This document shows, one piece after another, positions 10,435 to 19,718 of a stretch of 64,000 bases of DNA. The notes beneath the pieces are model-generated. The model worked only from the letters and a program-made list of their open reading frames with translations, made no database searches and was not told where the DNA came from. Within the stretch, counting starts at the first letter, position 1; every line of letters begins with the position of its first letter. The stretch lies in contig JAGFIZ010000066.1 in the NCBI GenBank assembly GCA_024103135.1, positions 12,568-76,567 on the forward strand, in the 5' to 3' direction. The DNA comes from Bradyrhizobiaceae bacterium. Lineage in GTDB: Bacteria; Bacteroidota; Ignavibacteria; Kapaibacteriales; Kapaibacteriaceae. The translations under genes and the position numbers were made by a program.

Positions 10435-10796
10435 CGAAGTGCTCCTTTTCTGATGACGTAGAGGTAGCCGCTGAACAACAGCAGCATGAAGAGGATCATG
10501 GCCACGAAGCCGTACATGCCTAGTTCCTTGAACTGTACAGCCCACGGATACATGAACACAACTTCAATATCGAACAGGATGAACATCATTGCCACAAGGT
10601 AGAACTTCACGGTAAAACGCTCCCGAGCAGTTTTTACTGGTTCCATACCGCTTTCGTAGGTCGACAGTTTTGCCTTTGTCGTCCGCCGCGGTCCAAGCCA
10701 TTCAGCAAGGAAGATATTGCTCACACCAAAGATCAGACCCACGAGGATCATCACCATGAGTGGCACATAGTCAATCAATGGGATATGTTCGTTCAT
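10425..10796 (-). CDS. nuoA: NADH-quinone oxidoreductase subunit A
   Basis: Three TM helices. [23 protein letters not shown]... and [13 protein letters not shown] are typical of NuoA/ND3. The start is taken at the internal Met at 10796. Confidence 0.85.
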   Translation of the reverse strand: MNEHIPLIDYVPLMVMILVGLIFGVSNIFLAEWLGPRRTTKAKLSTYESGMEPVKTARERFTVKFYLVAMMFILFDIEVVFMYPWAVQFKELGMYGFVAMILFMLLLFSGYLYVIRKGALRWD

Positions 10797-10859
10797 AACT
10801 GTTCTCCAATTGCCAACAAAGATACCACGGAACAATTCAGACAGCGGCTATTTTCGCAC

Positions 10860-11492
10860 ATGGTCAGTGTGCAACGCTTCGAATGCGGTCCTGTAGCAAC
10901 CAATGCCTACCTTGTGGTGAACACCGCAATCCACCTGGCATTCGTCGTCGACGTTCCCAAGGATAGTGCCTCCATCATAATCGATGCGGCACAGGCAGCT
11001 GGCTGCAAGCTTACCGACATCATCCTCACTCATTCGCATTGGGACCATACGGCAGATTGTTCGGAGCTTGTGGCGCGCACGGGTGCACGGGTCAGCATAC
11101 ACTCGCAGGACGCCTATCGTTTGCTGGAGCCCATGCGCCATACCGTCTGGCCGTTACCGTTTACGATTCATGCTGTTGTCCCCGACATTCTTCTGGAACA
11201 CAATACGGAGATTACGGCAGCAGGCGTTCGTCTTCGCGTCCTCCATACGCCTGGTCACACCGAAGGTGGCGTATGTCTTGTTGATGCGTTGCACGAGCGT
11301 GTGTTTGTCGGCGACACGTTGTTTGCCGGCAGTGTTGGTCGGACTGACTTGCCTGGCGGTAACATGGAGGTGTTGATGGACTCCATTCACAAACATTTAC
11401 TCACGTTACCAGACCAGTACAACGTCTTTCCAGGACATGGCTTGGAAACCACTATTGCCATGGAACGAAGTACCAACCCCTTCTTGATTTAG
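10860..11492 (+). CDS. MBL-fold metallo-hydrolase (hydroxyacylglutathione hydrolase-like)
   Basis: THSHWDHTAD (HxHxDH) and HTPGHTEGG motifs. The start is moved to MVSVQRF to avoid overlapping nuoA. Confidence 0.8.
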   Translation: MVSVQRFECGPVATNAYLVVNTAIHLAFVVDVPKDSASIIIDAAQAAGCKLTDIILTHSHWDHTADCSELVARTGARVSIHSQDAYRLLEPMRHTVWPLPFTIHAVVPDILLEHNTEITAAGVRLRVLHTPGHTEGGVCLVDALHERVFVGDTLFAGSVGRTDLPGGNMEVLMDSIHKHLLTLPDQYNVFPGHGLETTIAMERSTNPFLI

Positions 11493-11540
11493 CACTTGAC
11501 TTAGCTCTTGATGTAGCATCACCAACACCATTCTTACCAC

Positions 11541-12077
11541 GTGAATATTTCTTCATACATCCTTCATGCAATGCATTGGTTACGAACGGTAGTTTCGCAT
11601 GTCGTTTGTATAACGCTGGCGGTTGCAGCATCCGCTTGTTACTCTTTCCGTGGGGGATCGATACCAGAACATCTGCACACCGTGACCATTGCCTCGGTCA
11701 CGGACAAGAGCAGTTTTGGTGACGCTACCCTCCGAGAGTACTGCACGGAGCGAATCCTACAGCGTTTTCGCAGCGATAACACCTTGCAGGTAGTAGACGA
11801 ACATGGTGATGCTCGGCTTACCGCAGTGCTGACGCGAGTGCAGGATCAGGTGTATAACATCCAATCCGGCGATCTCGAAGGACAACGGCGAATGGTGGTT
11901 TCGGTTGACGTCGAGTACGTTGATGCCGTAAAGAATCGAACAGTGTGGAAACGCACCTTCGAAAACTTTGATGTGTACAACGTAGCGAATGCCACCGAGG
12001 ATCGCAGCCGAGCAGCACATACGGCAATCGATCGAATCGCCGACGACATACTCCTTGCAGTGGTGTCAGACTGGTGA
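11541..12077 (+). CDS. lipoprotein, LptE-like (LPS-assembly lipoprotein family candidate)
   Basis: Signal peptide with a lipobox-like AASAC. Its size and C-YSFRGG / LHTVTIASV pattern resemble the E. coli LptE CGWHLR...KVMIL start. The call rests on architecture only. Confidence 0.4.
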   Translation: MNISSYILHAMHWLRTVVSHVVCITLAVAASACYSFRGGSIPEHLHTVTIASVTDKSSFGDATLREYCTERILQRFRSDNTLQVVDEHGDARLTAVLTRVQDQVYNIQSGDLEGQRRMVVSVDVEYVDAVKNRTVWKRTFENFDVYNVANATEDRSRAAHTAIDRIADDILLAVVSDW

Positions 12078-12129
12078 GAAGCCAGTGTAACTGATATCCA
12101 CATACCCTGGTCTGGAGGATCCCTCAACT

Positions 12130-13587
12130 ATGGAGAACGTGCTACTGATCACGTACTTCGTTGCTCTTAGCGTGCTGTTTGCATTTGGCTTGCACGGCTT
12201 GGTGATGATCTACTTCTGGCATCGAACAGCCAAGCTTGCTCGCACAACGGCCAAGGAGCTTCCCGAGGATGCTTTGCCAACTGTTACCATCCAACTTCCG
12301 TTCTACAACGAACTCTACGTTGTTGATCGATTGGTGCGAGCCGTCTGCGCAATGGAGTATCCAAAGGAGAAGATGGAGATTCAGCTCCTGGATGATAGTA
12401 CCGACGAAACGGTCGACCTGTCACGCGCCCTCGTCGAAGAATTCCGCTCCCAGGGATTTGATATCAAGCATGTTCATAGGACAATCCGTACTGGCTTCAA
12501 GGCCGGCGCATTGAAGGAAGGTCTGGAATCGGCACGGGGCGAGTTCGTTGCCATCTTCGATGCTGACTTCGTTCCCAAACCAGACTTTCTTAAGCAGACC
12601 ATTCCGCATTTTGCCGATGATAAGGTAGGCATGGTGCAGACGCGCTGGGAACACTTGAACGAAGACTATTCATTCCTCACGCGTGCACAGGCGTTGGCAC
12701 TGGACGGACATTTTGTTGTCGAGCAGCAAATCCGTCATCGTGCCGGTTTCTTGATCAACTTCAATGGCACTGCTGGCGTATGGCGCAAGAAGACCATCGT
12801 TGATGCAGGTAATTGGCATAGTGATACGCTAGCAGAAGACCTGGACCTCTCCTATCGTGCGCAGCTTAAGGGATGGCGCTTCGTGTTCCTGAACGACGTT
12901 ACATCTCCGGCCGAGCTGCCTGCCGATATCAACTCATTGAAGACGCAACAGTTCCGGTGGACAAAGGGCGCTGTAGAAACTGCAAAGAAGCTCCTTCCAC
13001 AGGTGTGGAAGAGCCAGCTCCCTCTCGGCACCAAGCTTGAGTGCACGGTACACCTAACCTCCAACATCGTCTTCCCATTCATTATGCTCACGGCATTCCT
13101 GAATGTTCCACTGGTAGTGATCAAGAACGAGGTTGGTGGTTTTGACGCTTACTTCAACATGATGAGCGTGTTCGTGTTGGCATCGATCTCGACGTTCTTG
13201 TTCTACCTCTATGCACAGCGCGACATTCATGCCGACTGGCAACGACGCCTTCTGCTGTTCCCAGTGTTTATGGCTGGGTCCATGGGACTTGCCGTGAACA
13301 ACACCAAGGCCGTTATTGAGGCAATCGTAGGAAAGAAGTCGGAGTTTAAGCGCACGCCAAAGTTCAAGATCGAGAAGAACTCAGATGATTGGAAGACCAA
13401 GCGCTACGTTCAGAAGCGTATTGGCTGGATCGTACTCGTGGAGTTGGCCTTGGCTGCCTACTTCGTCTTTGGTATTGTTACGTCGATCGAGTACCTGGAG
13501 ATTGCTGCAATCCCATTCCAGTTGATGTTCTTTGCTGGTTTTGCAACCGTTGGAACACTCTCACTTCGTCACGCATTAAGTCGGTAA
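12130..13587 (+). CDS. family 2 glycosyltransferase, processive/cellulose-synthase-like, with C-terminal TM helices
   Basis: DDSTD, DAD(F), TED and QQFRW (QxxRW) motifs in order. Multiple C-terminal TM segments. Confidence 0.8.
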   Translation: MENVLLITYFVALSVLFAFGLHGLVMIYFWHRTAKLARTTAKELPEDALPTVTIQLPFYNELYVVDRLVRAVCAMEYPKEKMEIQLLDDSTDETVDLSRALVEEFRSQGFDIKHVHRTIRTGFKAGALKEGLESARGEFVAIFDADFVPKPDFLKQTIPHFADDKVGMVQTRWEHLNEDYSFLTRAQALALDGHFVVEQQIRHRAGFLINFNGTAGVWRKKTIVDAGNWHSDTLAEDLDLSYRAQLKGWRFVFLNDVTSPAELPADINSLKTQQFRWTKGAVETAKKLLPQVWKSQLPLGTKLECTVHLTSNIVFPFIMLTAFLNVPLVVIKNEVGGFDAYFNMMSVFVLASISTFLFYLYAQRDIHADWQRRLLLFPVFMAGSMGLAVNNTKAVIEAIVGKKSEFKRTPKFKIEKNSDDWKTKRYVQKRIGWIVLVELALAAYFVFGIVTSIEYLEIAAIPFQLMFFAGFATVGTLSLRHALSR

Positions 13588-13590
13588 ACC

Positions 13591-14583
13591 ATGAAGCTTG
13601 TTTCGTATTTGCATCCGACCCGCAATACCCCGCGGGTCGGACTTTTCATTGATAATACCATCATCGACCTAGCCGAAGCGCACGTACTGGCTAAGGCAAC
13701 TGCATCCATGAACCTGGATGCGCTACCGTCTGACATGGTGGAACTCTTGAGACTGGGCGACGCTGCCCTGCAGGATGCCCGACAAGTGTTGGCCTGGCAT
13801 GCAGGGGCTGACTCCGCCGCTGTCCGCCATGACGCCACAAGTGTTACGCTATGCTCACCTGTCGTCAGACCTACGTCTATGCGCGATGGCTATGCATTCC
13901 GGCAGCACGTAGAAGCAGCCAGGCGAAACCGCGGTCTGGAGATGATTCCTGAGTTTGATCAGATTCCCATCTTCTACTTCACCAACCATCAAGCGGTGTA
14001 TGGCCCTGGTGATATTCCTGTTCGAGAATTACACCTTGACAAGCTGGACTTCGAACTGGAGTGCGCCATCGTCATCGGCAAGCAAGGTAGAAACATTAGT
14101 GCCGCTCAGGCAGATGAGTACATCGCTGGATACATGGTCATGAACGATTGGAGTGCTCGAACACTCCAGATGGAAGAGATGAAGCTTAACCTTGGTCCAG
14201 CAAAGGGGAAGGACTTTGCAACATCGCTGGGACCATGGCTGGTAACACGTGATGAACTGGCTCAATGGAAGATCGATACTCCAGTTGGGGAGAAGTACGA
14301 TCTTGAGATGGCAACGATCATCAACGGTACCAAGGTTTCGGTAGGCAACGTCAAGGATATGACCTGGACGTTTGCACAGATCATCGAACGTGCGAGCTAT
14401 GGCGTCACCCTGTATCCTGGCGACGTGATAGGAAGCGGCACCTGTGGCACTGGATGTTTCCTGGAGCTTAATGGAAGCAAGGTATACGATCCAGCATGGT
14501 GGCTGAAGGTTGGTGATGTGGTTGAGTGCTCAATTGATGGACTTGGCACCTTGACCAATACCGTTGTTCTCGAAACAGTCTAA
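13591..14583 (+). CDS. fumarylacetoacetate hydrolase (FAH) family protein
   Basis: 330 aa. FAH-family C-terminal domain pattern (DFELECAIVIGK, GTxxGVG-like GSGTCGTGCF). Confidence 0.8.
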   Translation: MKLVSYLHPTRNTPRVGLFIDNTIIDLAEAHVLAKATASMNLDALPSDMVELLRLGDAALQDARQVLAWHAGADSAAVRHDATSVTLCSPVVRPTSMRDGYAFRQHVEAARRNRGLEMIPEFDQIPIFYFTNHQAVYGPGDIPVRELHLDKLDFELECAIVIGKQGRNISAAQADEYIAGYMVMNDWSARTLQMEEMKLNLGPAKGKDFATSLGPWLVTRDELAQWKIDTPVGEKYDLEMATIINGTKVSVGNVKDMTWTFAQIIERASYGVTLYPGDVIGSGTCGTGCFLELNGSKVYDPAWWLKVGDVVECSIDGLGTLTNTVVLETV

Positions 14584-14635
14584 CGTGCACGCTGATGCTT
14601 GCATGATTCGGCAAGCAAAAATGCGAATCGATAAT

Positions 14636-14670
14636 GAAAAAGGGTTGGCTCTATGCCAACCCTTTTGTGT
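14636..14670. terminator. bidirectional rho-independent terminator between convergent genes
   Basis: Hairpin aaaaAGGGTTGGCtctatGCCAACCCTtttg flanked by A-run and T-run. Confidence 0.5.
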
Positions 14671-14693
14671 TTGCAGACTAATTCACCCTTGAG

Positions 14694-16058
14694 CTATCGA
14701 GCAACGACAACCGACACCGTTCGGAACCGAGCATCGCTTCCCCATACCAGCAGGTAGGAGCCACTTGCAAGTGATGGAGTCGACAAGGCCATCGTCGGCG
14801 CCGTTATAGACCCGCTTGCTACGAGGTTCGCCGCGGCGTCGTAGAGCTGCCAGGTCTTGTCAGTAGGAGCTGGAGCCATGTCGGTTACCACGATGTTGGA
14901 TCCATTGTACTGCGTAAACAACTTTGCTGCCTTACTGCGAGCATCTTCATTCACGTCCGTCGATTCGTCAAGCACGTACAAGCCGACCAGCGTAGCCATG
15001 TATTCGGTGTTGGTTGTTGGATCGCGGTAGAACGACCAGATACTACGGGCTGATTGTCCCAACTCATTCCGTTTCCAGGTAATCCCCTTGTAGCGTTCCC
15101 AGGTTTGTCCACCATCGCGGGAACGATAGACCAAGCTATCGCCTTTAACGATGGTATCGGCTTCCGTTACTCTAAAGCCCCCTAACAAAACATCATCGCT
15201 ACCATCCTTTGTTGGTAGCACATCTACTGCCCAGAACGAGGTATCTGGGAAGCCGATGCGATTCCATGTGCGACCGCGGTCGGTGGACTTTAGAATGCCA
15301 CCATTGCCGGCGATGTTCTCTTCGAGAGCAATTGATACAACAGCATAGCCCACATCGGGATTGTTGGGAGAGAAGACGATCTTTGGAATCTCTGAATCGT
15401 CGCGAATCGTATCCCTTCCATTTACGGAACAGAGCGACCATGAATGTCCGCCATCTTCGCTGCGATAGATCTTTCCACGGGAGGCCCCAAGGAAGAGCAG
15501 ATTTGCATCAACGTTATGGGCAGCGATGGTGTGGAGTTTAGGGGTCTCTGAGAACGGTATTACGGAAATCGAATCCCACGTTTCACCCTTGTCTGTTGAC
15601 CGATAAACAGCTGAGATTCCACGTCCCCTTGCTGCGTAGATCGTACCATCGACCGCTTGCGTAATGGCTTCAGAGACAAACCATGCCTGCCGACCGCTTA
15701 GGTCCTGGAACACGGTGTTAAAGGTCGCACCGCCATCTGTTGACCGCTTGATCCCTGGAAACACATAGCCGCCGACAATAATCGTTGCGGTGTCCTCTGG
15801 ACATATGTGAATCGAGGTGATGAAGTTTGTAACGGACAGTGAACCAACTTCCATGGTTTCCCACGTTGCACCACGATCATTACTAACAAGGATCTGATTA
15901 GCCCAGTTGCCGATGTAAATGCGATCGGGGTTCTTTGGATTCGTTCGCACCGTGTAGGCCTGCTTTGGAAGAAGCAAGCGCCAAGTTCCGATATCAGATG
16001 CCAGTGCAAGACTCGTTGTTGCGCACAGTATCAAGATGATGATTAGGCGATTTTTCAT
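14694..16058 (-). CDS. secreted BNR/Asp-box repeat protein (sialidase/Ycf48-like beta-propeller) with T9SS C-terminal sorting domain
   Basis: Signal peptide. Six SxDxGxTW repeats (SNDRGATWET, STDGGATFNT, STDKGETWDS, SEDGGHSWSL, STDRGRTWNR, SRDGGQTWER). C-terminal ...GSYLLVWGSDARFRTVSVVVAR resembles a T9SS CTD. Confidence 0.7.
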   Translation of the reverse strand: MKNRLIIILILCATTSLALASDIGTWRLLLPKQAYTVRTNPKNPDRIYIGNWANQILVSNDRGATWETMEVGSLSVTNFITSIHICPEDTATIIVGGYVFPGIKRSTDGGATFNTVFQDLSGRQAWFVSEAITQAVDGTIYAARGRGISAVYRSTDKGETWDSISVIPFSETPKLHTIAAHNVDANLLFLGASRGKIYRSEDGGHSWSLCSVNGRDTIRDDSEIPKIVFSPNNPDVGYAVVSIALEENIAGNGGILKSTDRGRTWNRIGFPDTSFWAVDVLPTKDGSDDVLLGGFRVTEADTIVKGDSLVYRSRDGGQTWERYKGITWKRNELGQSARSIWSFYRDPTTNTEYMATLVGLYVLDESTDVNEDARSKAAKLFTQYNGSNIVVTDMAPAPTDKTWQLYDAAANLVASGSITAPTMALSTPSLASGSYLLVWGSDARFRTVSVVVAR

Positions 16059-16079
16059 GGTGTTCTCGGTGGAAGAAAG

Positions 16080-17429
16080 TTAGCCGGGGAAGATGATACC
16101 ACGAGTAACATCGGTACCATTTGTTACAACCACGTACTGCAAAACTGACTGGGCTTGTGATACATGCACTCTCTGTCCTGAAGTACATGTGCCCCTCTGC
16201 AACTCCATTCCACAGGCGTTGACAATGATGTACTGACAAGCCCCCTTCATCCATTCAGGTACGGTGAAGGTCTGACCGACAATCTGCAGTGTAGGGGAGG
16301 GGGCTATGGTTTCGTCAACTTCGACGGACGTGATGTACGTGCTGCGGAACACACCTCCGTTGCTAGCCATAAACAAGGTCGGAATACCGTTGATGCGTGA
16401 AATTGCAAAGCCATAGACGTTGTAGCCAACGATTCCGGACTCATTCTCCGTCCATGGGACGTCGCTGAATTGTTCGAACAAGGTGTCGATGCCATTCGAG
16501 CGAAACACCATGGAATCACCGCGAATGGTTCCATTGTCGAACGGGTAGGTTGGCTGGCAGCCACCGATGAATAGCTCATCGGCACCCTTCGTCGGGTTAA
16601 TGGCAATAGCGTAGGTCGACGTGTCGACCAGGGCAATTCTACTCCAGGTAACACCATAGTCGGAACTCTTGAAGAGCCCAGCATTGGTTGTGTTGTAGAA
16701 CAAGGACATCTGTGTGGTAGCGTACACGACTCCTGGTGTGGATGGACTCCAGGCAAAGTTCCCGACATCGGTGTCGCGATAGGTGGTGAGTGCCTTGCCA
16801 ACCGTCCACGTAACGCCATAGTCAGTCGAGCGATAGATGTTGCAACGTCGACCAGAAACCATAACCAAGTTCGAGCTATCCGGACATACCGTTATGGCAC
16901 GCATGTTATCCGTTGATTCAATGTCCGGTAGTGTGCTCAACTTGGACCACGTTGCACCAGCATCAGTAGAACGATACACTTCACCATAGGTAAAGCGTAA
17001 GGCATACATTGTGTCGGGATGATTCGGATCAAACGTCACGGCACCCGTGCCACCAATCTCAAATCGGAAGCCATCGGGAGTATCGAGCACCGTATTCCAG
17101 GTTGCTCCACCATCGGTGCTCCGATCGAGGCCGCTCATGCCTTGTCCGCCAGCAAAGACAATATTCGATTTCGTTGGGTGCACACCGATGTACTCGATCA
17201 AGGAGCTACCACCTTGTGTTCCTACAGCACGTTCTTCCCAGACAGTGCCACCATCGGTACTCTTGAAGATCGTTCTTGCCACATTCCCAGCGTATAGCGT
17301 CAGTGGATCTTGTGGATCAACGCAGATGGAGTAGACAGCTCGGTTCGGTATGACAGGCATCCAACTCTGTGAAAATCCATCAGTACCAGTAACACCGAGT
17401 ACGACAAGGATGACGGTAAGTGTGCGCAT
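16080..17429 (-). CDS. secreted BNR/Asp-box repeat protein, paralog of the neighbouring gene, with T9SS-like CTD
   Basis: Signal peptide. Repeats STDGGTVWEE, STDGGATWNT, STDAGATWSK, STDYGVTWTV, SSDYGVTWSR. The C-terminal ~70 aa is beta-sandwich-like. Confidence 0.7.
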   Translation of the reverse strand: MRTLTVILVVLGVTGTDGFSQSWMPVIPNRAVYSICVDPQDPLTLYAGNVARTIFKSTDGGTVWEERAVGTQGGSSLIEYIGVHPTKSNIVFAGGQGMSGLDRSTDGGATWNTVLDTPDGFRFEIGGTGAVTFDPNHPDTMYALRFTYGEVYRSTDAGATWSKLSTLPDIESTDNMRAITVCPDSSNLVMVSGRRCNIYRSTDYGVTWTVGKALTTYRDTDVGNFAWSPSTPGVVYATTQMSLFYNTTNAGLFKSSDYGVTWSRIALVDTSTYAIAINPTKGADELFIGGCQPTYPFDNGTIRGDSMVFRSNGIDTLFEQFSDVPWTENESGIVGYNVYGFAISRINGIPTLFMASNGGVFRSTYITSVEVDETIAPSPTLQIVGQTFTVPEWMKGACQYIIVNACGMELQRGTCTSGQRVHVSQAQSVLQYVVVTNGTDVTRGIIFPG

Positions 17430-17440
17430 GACATCAAACT

Positions 17441-17475
17441 AAAAAAAAAGGGGATGACTTCTCAGTCATCCCCTT
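17441..17475 (-). terminator. rho-independent terminator after the 678-aa T9SS gene
   Basis: On the minus strand: GGGGATGACTgagaAGTCATCCCC followed by a run of 9 T. Confidence 0.6.
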
Positions 17476-17492
17476 GAATGCTCGACGTTGGA

Positions 17493-19529
17493 TTAGCGCA
17501 CAACAACCAGTTGTTGTGTGCTTTGTTCGCCACCAATTGAAATCGTCACGTAGTAGGCACCAACCGACAGATTGTTGGTTGGGATGTTCAGACCATGCAA
17601 ACCAGCTTCGAGTGAACCATTGAAGATGGAAGCAACCTTTTCGCCAGTTGGGGCAAAAACGTTGATGCTTACCATGCCTGGTTGATTCATGGTGAAGGCA
17701 AGTTCGGCATTCGCAGAAGTTGGGTTTGGTGTGATGCTGTTGATGTGGAAGGAGTATGATGGCTCTTCGTCGACAGACACAACCGTTGCATTGAAGAACG
17801 TTGTCCGCACAGTGTTTGGCGTACGATAGTCAACCGAAGCATCCAGAACCATGTCCTGAACTTGGTTGATAGCTGGGAGGAATGGATAGTCCTGGCGGTA
17901 CTGTGACTTCTCGATGGTCTTCAACGTAAGAAGTGGAACGCTGGTCAGACTTTCGATAACCGGAGGGATGCGTGTACCGTGATCATATACTCTATCGTTC
18001 GTGAGGTTTCTTGGTGTACTCCATGTGCCACCATTTACTGAACGATAAGAAACGAAGACGTCGGTAGCTGTGATTGCCGTCAATTCGTCTTGAGCCCACT
18101 GACCACTGTTCTGGAAGGCAATGCGCTGCGTAAAGCCAGAATCAATGTATTCAGGGTTGTCGTCGATCCACTTTACGAGGATGCTGCTGCCGTCGGCAGT
18201 TTTGGTAACCTGAACCTCGTGACCGAGCGGGTTAGCCGAGTAAGCTGGAATCCAAGCGTACTGACCTTCGGCATCGGAGATACTGTCTTGACGGATAAAC
18301 TGAAGCGGGAAGCCGTTGATATCGGCAACCTTGTTAAGCGACCATGTACCACCAGCATAGCGTGCTTCGACAATGTCGATTGATGCCCATCGATTTTCTT
18401 CGACGGTACCGAGGCGGAGGATATAGGAGTACTCGTCAGAGCCGGTAACGACGAAGGCATCCATTTCGTAAACACCATAGTTACGAATGTTGCTCCAGCC
18501 ACGTGATGTCTGGTACGATGTAATCAGACTATATGGCATCTTGTTGAAGTCCGACCATGTAGCGCCTTGGTTTTCGGACGAGCTTACCGACGGGACGCGC
18601 TCGCTTGGGTTGGACGTAAAGACAAAATTCCCTGCTGCATACAACTTGCCATCGGCATCAGCTCCAACTAGTGGCGAAGTATTTAGCGTCGAACCAAGAT
18701 TTGGTGGGTCTGGCGTCTGGAACTGATCAATGTTCCATGCAGAGGGTACGGAGTTGGTGGTAAAGTCTTCGGCATTGAAGTCATACCCCCACGTACCAAG
18801 AACGCCATATTGCGTCGGTCCGTTGTTGATTGGCTTGTCCAGGCGCTGTGTATGATAAACAGCTGGATTGTCTGTGCTCACGCCGACCATGTCACCAAAG
18901 ATTCCCCAACCCATATCGGATGGAGCATTGTCAGGTGCTGGCATTGGGAATTCAAACAAGCCACTTGATGGCATGAAGAGACCAACCTGACCGTTGCGAG
19001 CCCAACTACTGGATTGTTCGTACAAACCGCAGAACAGTGCCCAGTTCAGATCTTCGAACTTGGCATTAGCACCCTTGGTGTTAACAACGGCGAAGTTTGG
19101 AAACGGTAGAAACTTGCCGGGTTGGTTATAGGCTTCTACTTCATTCCATGAAGCACCGTTGTCTGTCGTGGTATAGAAGCGCAACTGTCCGCCAGTAAGC
19201 TGGTTGTTTGCGAAAACCCGATTCCCACGTACAAGAATGGTTGTCTTCGAAATTGGTTCGTACACAAACACGCTGTTTTCATTGGCGATTTCCCAGTTAG
19301 GGAAAAAGTCCGTCTGATACATGTTGGTGAACGTAAGCCCCTGAGTATTCTCAGTGTGCTTTTGTGTGGATGGTACCATCTGTACTGGCGGTGTAGCCAA
19401 TGCTGACGGAGAAACCACGAGCGGTTGACGTGGCGTCTGAGACTGCTCGAATAGTACGCTTGGTAGTTGAGCAACTGCTGTGCTAGCACAGATTGCAGCA
19501 AGTCCAAGACCGAGGAGCGATGATTTCAT
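17493..19529 (-). CDS. secreted BNR-like repeat protein with canonical T9SS C-terminal domain
   Basis: Signal peptide. Asp-box-like TTTDNGASWNEV and SENQGATWSDF. C-terminal ...PNPTSANAELAFTM...VGAYYVTISIGGEQSTQQLVVVR is classic TIGR04183-type. Confidence 0.65.
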   Translation of the reverse strand: MKSSLLGLGLAAICASTAVAQLPSVLFEQSQTPRQPLVVSPSALATPPVQMVPSTQKHTENTQGLTFTNMYQTDFFPNWEIANENSVFVYEPISKTTILVRGNRVFANNQLTGGQLRFYTTTDNGASWNEVEAYNQPGKFLPFPNFAVVNTKGANAKFEDLNWALFCGLYEQSSSWARNGQVGLFMPSSGLFEFPMPAPDNAPSDMGWGIFGDMVGVSTDNPAVYHTQRLDKPINNGPTQYGVLGTWGYDFNAEDFTTNSVPSAWNIDQFQTPDPPNLGSTLNTSPLVGADADGKLYAAGNFVFTSNPSERVPSVSSSENQGATWSDFNKMPYSLITSYQTSRGWSNIRNYGVYEMDAFVVTGSDEYSYILRLGTVEENRWASIDIVEARYAGGTWSLNKVADINGFPLQFIRQDSISDAEGQYAWIPAYSANPLGHEVQVTKTADGSSILVKWIDDNPEYIDSGFTQRIAFQNSGQWAQDELTAITATDVFVSYRSVNGGTWSTPRNLTNDRVYDHGTRIPPVIESLTSVPLLTLKTIEKSQYRQDYPFLPAINQVQDMVLDASVDYRTPNTVRTTFFNATVVSVDEEPSYSFHINSITPNPTSANAELAFTMNQPGMVSINVFAPTGEKVASIFNGSLEAGLHGLNIPTNNLSVGAYYVTISIGGEQSTQQLVVVR

Positions 19530-19718
19530 CGAAAACTCCAGTTGTTCAAAAAGTGTATAATGATTGAATGCCTAAATAAGGGGCCACAAATTTACGACAG
19601 GCGGGGCCTGCATTCCATATCCCGTAAGTTTGTGGACAAGCTGGTAGGGAAATACACGTCCTATTGGCTTCCAGCAAGCAATACCAATGATTCATCAAGT
19701 AGGAAGTTGTTACAGGTT

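Noticed and set aside
9904-10545. Track start for nuoB at the ATG at 10545 (213 aa)
   Set aside because: Would overlap nuoA by 120 nt. A GTG at 10434 gives the conserved ~28-residue N-terminus before the SLWP motif, with a typical short coupling overlap.
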